20,197 nt of DNA from Promethearchaeota archaeon. Its GTDB lineage: Archaea; Asgardarchaeota; Lokiarchaeia; Sigyniarchaeales; SOKP01. Below, piece after piece: positions 16,059 through 20,197 of the stretch. The stretch is from positions 1-20,197 of the forward strand of contig JAEOTP010000086.1 in NCBI GenBank assembly GCA_016839765.1. The letters run 5' to 3'. A program made the position numbers and the translations under genes. How positions within the stretch are numbered: position 1 is the first letter of the stretch; every line of letters starts with the position of its first letter. The notes below the pieces were generated by a model. It was given only the letters and a program-made list of their open reading frames with translations, did no database searches and was not told the DNA's origin.

Positions 16059-16784
16059 ATGTTCCAGCAAGCAGGAAGAGGTTATGATATGGCAATAACT
16101 CAATTCTCACCTGAAGGGCGTCTATTTCAAGTGGAATATGCAATAGAAGCGGTTCGTAGGGGTACAACCGCAATTGTTTGTAGAAATAAACAATCTGTTG
16201 TATTTGCTGTGGAAAAAAAAAGTTCTGAGTTACAAGAAGTCTTAGGCTCAGAAAAAATATTTAAAATTGATAATCACATTGGAGTAGCTATTGCTGGACT
16301 TACAGCAGATGCTCGTGTTTTGGTAGATAGAGCTAGAGTACAAGCTCAGGTAAACCTTCTCAATTATGATGAAACTATCTCAGTGAAGGATTCTACTTTA
16401 AATATTTGTGAATATCTACAATTATTTACCCAAAATGCGGGCGTTAGACCTTTTGGAGTGAGTTTCCTGATAGCTGGAATAGATTCCGATGGAAAAGCTT
16501 CCTTGTATCTAACAGACCCAAGTGGAGCTATGTGGGGATATAAAGCTTTTGCAATTGGTTCAGGAGCGTCTGAAGCAAGAGCTTACCTTGAAGAACATTA
16601 TAATGAAGATATTAATGATGAGGATTTGAAATTACTACCTTTAAGAACCCTAAAAGAATTAATGGGTGATAATTTAAATAAAAACACATGTGATGTAGCT
16701 TATATTTTAAAAGATGATGAAAAATTTAAATTATTGAATTTGGAAGAAAAGGAAGAATTATTAAATAAATTACAAAGTTCTTAA
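16059..16784 (+). CDS. psmA: 20S proteasome alpha subunit
   Basis: GYDMAITQFSPEGRLFQVEYAIEAV signature, AGLTADARVL, GVRPFGVSFLIAG, TDPSG and AIGSG. Upstream AGGAG Shine-Dalgarno-like sequence. Confidence 0.98.
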   Translation: MFQQAGRGYDMAITQFSPEGRLFQVEYAIEAVRRGTTAIVCRNKQSVVFAVEKKSSELQEVLGSEKIFKIDNHIGVAIAGLTADARVLVDRARVQAQVNLLNYDETISVKDSTLNICEYLQLFTQNAGVRPFGVSFLIAGIDSDGKASLYLTDPSGAMWGYKAFAIGSGASEARAYLEEHYNEDINDEDLKLLPLRTLKELMGDNLNKNTCDVAYILKDDEKFKLLNLEEKEELLNKLQSS

Positions 16785-16914
16785 AGATATTTTAAAAATT
16801 TCAGGGTTATCCCCAATAAATAAATAACATTTATCTCATAATTGAAGGATATTATAAAGGGAAAAAGACGAAATAGCAGGTTTCTCGATATATATAAAAG
16901 GGTTATTAGTATAG

Positions 16915-17706
16915 ATGATAGATAGAGCAAGAATAGACTTAGGAGATTACATTGTGGGGCGTATTGAAAAAGAAGGCAGAGTGTTTGAAATGTTATTAGA
17001 CCCCCATCAAGCATGGGAAGCTAAAAAAATAATACGAGATGAAATTAGTAAACGCTTTAAAGAAGGAAGCGAAAAATCTCGTCTTACTGTTGAAGAAATC
17101 TTGAATAACCCTCAGATTTCAATAGATTTGATTTTTGAAAGTTTTACTGTATTTGAGGATTTAAGGCGTGGAAAAAAAGCTACTGATGGTGATATGGAAG
17201 TAATTTTTAACACCACAGATGGAAGAACTATAGCATGTCATGTTTTATTAGAAGGAGATATCCAATGGACTAAAACTCAAAGAGAAGAAGAAAAAGAAAA
17301 AAAACTAAAAAAAATAATCGCAATTATTACAAAAAATGCAATAAATCCCCAAAATAAAAAGCCCCATCCTTATCAAAGAATTGAAAAAGCAATTGAGGAG
17401 GCTAAAATCAAAATTGATTTGATGAAAAATGCTGAGGAACAAGTTGATGACGTAGTTAAGAGCATAAGAGCTATAATACCAATTAGAATGGAACAAGTGG
17501 AAATGGCAATAAAAATTCCCTCAGCATTTACAGCAAAAGGTTATAATATCGTTGCTCAATTAGCTCATATTAAGAAGGAAGAGTGGCAATCGGATGGCTC
17601 TTGGGTTTCAGTTGTGAATTTACCTGCAGGATTACAAATGGAATTAATAGATAAATTAAATAAGTTAACCCATGGAAGAGTTCAAACTAAATTATTAAAA
17701 TCCTAA
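16915..17706 (+). CDS. Ribosome maturation factor SBDS/Sdo1
   Basis: RFE-like RVFEMLLDP, INPQNKKPHPYQRIEKAIEEA, EEWQSDGSW, PAGLQMELIDKLNKLTHG, and the conserved position between psmA and rrp4. Confidence 0.95.
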   Translation: MIDRARIDLGDYIVGRIEKEGRVFEMLLDPHQAWEAKKIIRDEISKRFKEGSEKSRLTVEEILNNPQISIDLIFESFTVFEDLRRGKKATDGDMEVIFNTTDGRTIACHVLLEGDIQWTKTQREEEKEKKLKKIIAIITKNAINPQNKKPHPYQRIEKAIEEAKIKIDLMKNAEEQVDDVVKSIRAIIPIRMEQVEMAIKIPSAFTAKGYNIVAQLAHIKKEEWQSDGSWVSVVNLPAGLQMELIDKLNKLTHGRVQTKLLKS

Positions 17707-17798
17707 CCTCCTTAAAATTTATGCTAATTTTTGTTTATATTATTTTTTTATTGGTTAGGTTTGATATAGAAACAACAAAATAAAAGTGAAAAATAAAA

Positions 17799-18572
17799 AT
17801 GGAAAATGATGAACTCGATTCAGAAGAATTCGAAGATTTTGAAGATGAAGAATTTACAAGAGATCTGGTTGTGCCAGGAGAAATCTTAACAGAAGATACA
17901 GAAAATTTCCTTCCTGGAAGAGGCACAATTTTAAACGAGAAGAAGAATAAAATCATTTCTTTAAATATTGGGTTAAAAAAAATTACGAAGAATTATATAA
18001 ATGTTATTCCTCTTAGAGGTTTTTATACGCCGCGACCCGGAGATAAAGTAATAGCTCTTATTGTTGATAAAAATCCAGTAAAATATAGATGTGATATCAA
18101 TGCAAAAGATTTTGCAATTTTAAAACCTAAAAATACTTTTAAGAGGAGTAAGATTAGAACTAGAGGCGCTGAGAAGGATATTGGAGATACCTCGACAGAA
18201 AAATATTCGATTGGAGATATTTTAATTACAAAAATTATTTCTGCCGATCGTCTAAATATGCCTGAATTAACAACGGTTGGAAAATATTTGGGAAAAAGAT
18301 CAAATGGGATTGTTATATCAATAGATACACCCAAAATTCCACGTGTGATTGGGCGAAGTGGTTCAATGATTAAATTATTAAAAAATTTGACTAAGTGCCA
18401 CATTTTTGTTACGCAGAATGGGCGCATTTGGTTAAAAGGAGAAGATCTTGCTCATGAAAAATTATTAATTGATGCAATAAAAAAAATTGAAAAGGAAGCC
18501 CATACTGTGGGATTGACAGATAGAATGTCAGAATATATTGAGAATGAGAAAAAAAAAAGAGGTATAAATTAA
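17799..18572 (+). CDS. rrp4: Exosome RNA-binding subunit Rrp4
   Basis: LVVPGEIL, VIPLRGFYTPRPGDKVI (S1), KIPRVIGRSGSMI (KH), QNGRIW and EAHTVGLTDRM. Confidence 0.96.
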   Translation: MENDELDSEEFEDFEDEEFTRDLVVPGEILTEDTENFLPGRGTILNEKKNKIISLNIGLKKITKNYINVIPLRGFYTPRPGDKVIALIVDKNPVKYRCDINAKDFAILKPKNTFKRSKIRTRGAEKDIGDTSTEKYSIGDILITKIISADRLNMPELTTVGKYLGKRSNGIVISIDTPKIPRVIGRSGSMIKLLKNLTKCHIFVTQNGRIWLKGEDLAHEKLLIDAIKKIEKEAHTVGLTDRMSEYIENEKKKRGIN

Positions 18573-19340
18573 ATGACTTTATTAATAAAAGATGAATATC
18601 CAGAAAAACTATTTAGAGAAGATGGTAAAAGACTAGATGGTCGAGATCTTAAAGAATTAAGACCAATTAAACTGGAAGTTGGTATACTTAATAATGCTGA
18701 TGGATCTGCTTATTTAGAATGGGGAAATAATAAAATTTTTGCAGCTGTATATGGTCCAAGAGAGGTTCATCCACATCATTTAGCTAAGCCAGATAAAGGT
18801 ATTTTAAGGGTATTTTATAGAATGGCTACTTTTTCTGTTTTTGAAAGAAAAAGACCTGCGCCTGGTCGTCGAGAAAAAGAAATATCCATGATAATAACAG
18901 ATTGCTTAGAACCTGTTCTCTTTCTTGAACTTTACCCAGGAACTAGCTTTGAGGTGTTTATCGATGTTCTAGATGCTGATGGAGGTACAAGATGTGCGAG
19001 TACTACTGTTGCAGCATTAGCCTTAGCAGATGCAGGGATTCCAATGAAGAGTTTAGTAACATCAGTAGCAGTAGGGAAAATTGATGGAAAAATAGTAGTT
19101 GATTTATCGGGTGTCGAGGATAAAGCAGGAGAGGCTGATTTACCATGTGCAATTACTTGGTTTAATGAAGAAATCTCTTTGTTACAGTTTGATGGTGATA
19201 TGGATCTAAATGAGCTAGATACTTTCCTTAAGTTAGCAAAGGATGCATTAAAAGAAATTTATGAAATGCAATTAAACGCTTTAAAAAGTAAATACATTAC
19301 TATACAAGAAAAATATAATGGAGGTCAAGTTAAACAATGA
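18573..19340 (+). CDS. rrp41: Exosome catalytic RNase PH subunit Rrp41
   Basis: RLDGRDLKELRPI, ADGSAYLEWG, VYGPREVHP, YRMATFS..ERK, ADGGTRCAS, ALADAGIPM and EDKAGEADLP. Confidence 0.97.
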   Translation: MTLLIKDEYPEKLFREDGKRLDGRDLKELRPIKLEVGILNNADGSAYLEWGNNKIFAAVYGPREVHPHHLAKPDKGILRVFYRMATFSVFERKRPAPGRREKEISMIITDCLEPVLFLELYPGTSFEVFIDVLDADGGTRCASTTVAALALADAGIPMKSLVTSVAVGKIDGKIVVDLSGVEDKAGEADLPCAITWFNEEISLLQFDGDMDLNELDTFLKLAKDALKEIYEMQLNALKSKYITIQEKYNGGQVKQ

Positions 19341-20164
19341 TGAATATAAGAAGAGTAATTTCTAAAATTGAACGAAATTATATCATTAATAATTTAAAAA
19401 ATGAAGAGAGAATTGATGGTAGAGGCCTATGGGATTATCGAGAATGGAAAATAAAACACAATCTTGTTGCTTCTGCAGAAGGTTCTGCTGATGTATGTCT
19501 AGGAGATACAAGAGTAATAACTGGATTAAAGTATGAAGTTGGCGAACCATTTCCAGATGTTCCGGATGAAGGAGTTTGTACAGTAATGGCAGAATTATTA
19601 CCTTTAGCTTCACCATTGTTTGAAAGAGGTCCTCCTGATGAACAGTCTATTGAACTTGCTCGTGTAGTAGATAGAGGAATAAGACATGCAGATTGTATCC
19701 AAACAAAGAAATTATGTATAAAAGAGAATCAAGCTGTATATATTCTTTTTGTTGATATATATGTAATTAATTATTCAGGAAATTTAATTGATGCGGGAGG
19801 TATAAGTGCATTAACAACTTTAATTTCAAGTCAGATTCCTGAAGGTAAATGGGTGGATGATCATGTTGAATGGACTGGTGGCTATTTAACGGGAGAAACC
19901 ATTGTAAAAGAACTTCCAATTGTTTTAACATTTGGAAAAATTGGTGATATAATCTTTATAGATCCTAGCTTACCGGAAGAATTAATTTGTGATGGAAGAA
20001 TTTCAATTTCGGTCACCAAGGATAAAATTACTTCAATTCAAAAAAGTGGACCTGCTACATTTTCAATTGATGATATACAAATGCTAAACAAAAAAGCGAT
20101 GGAATTAGGTAATCTATTAAGAGATAATCTAAATCTTTGGCAATATAAAGTGAATATTGAATAA
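19337..20164 (+). CDS. rrp42: Exosome subunit Rrp42
   Basis: RIDGRGLWDYR, AEGSA, GEPFPDVPDEG, PLASPLFERGPPDEQSIELARVVDRGIR, GNLIDA and IQKSG. Overlaps the rrp41 stop (ATGA). Confidence 0.97.
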   Translation: MMNIRRVISKIERNYIINNLKNEERIDGRGLWDYREWKIKHNLVASAEGSADVCLGDTRVITGLKYEVGEPFPDVPDEGVCTVMAELLPLASPLFERGPPDEQSIELARVVDRGIRHADCIQTKKLCIKENQAVYILFVDIYVINYSGNLIDAGGISALTTLISSQIPEGKWVDDHVEWTGGYLTGETIVKELPIVLTFGKIGDIIFIDPSLPEELICDGRISISVTKDKITSIQKSGPATFSIDDIQMLNKKAMELGNLLRDNLNLWQYKVNIE

Positions 20165-20197
20165 TTTTTTCTATTTTTTCTAATTTAATTTTATTTT
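20164..20197 (+). terminator. T-rich archaeal terminator-like tract after rrp42
   Basis: TTTTTTCTATTTTTTC immediately after the stop codon. Confidence 0.4.

Noticed and set aside
1864-19616. Short ORFs in the track that overlap longer genes (1864-2115, 5242-5490, 6226-6456, 7827-8015, 9836-10066, 10967-11149, 15120-15311, 16781-17014, 17305-17496, 17735-17956, 18023-18427, 19386-19616)
   Set aside because: They are antisense shadows of well-supported genes with no recognisable motifs.
1-20197. CRISPR array, IS element or integrase
   Set aside because: No regularly spaced repeats, transposase, recombinase or terminal inverted repeats were seen.

Overview
AT-rich archaeal chromosomal segment, most likely from an Asgard archaeon of the Lokiarchaeia type (inferred from the profilin-like gene, archaeal informational genes and protein style; no search was run). 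Core genes: 5'-truncated Elp3, gatE-gatD, rpl2, TFB, a DUF2110-like gene and the psmA-SBDS-rrp4-rrp41-rrp42 proteasome/exosome cluster. The centre holds two tandem paralogues with an unusual architecture: small N-terminal domain, ribbon-helix-helix, degenerate HisKA (no ATPase domain) and receiver. Next comes a four-tRNA region: Lys-CTT with a T-loop 59/60 BHB intron, Ser-TGA with a 37/38 intron, Ser-GCT and Val-TAC. Its spacers each carry accessory cargo: a radical SAM enzyme, a divergent JAB/MPN protein with an acyltransferase fragment, and a free-standing LAGLIDADG-HTH endonuclease bracketed by tRNA-Ser and a possible decayed tRNA-Ser 5' half. Two intergenic regions (1320-1450 and 8488-8625) look like structured RNAs and share collinear motifs.
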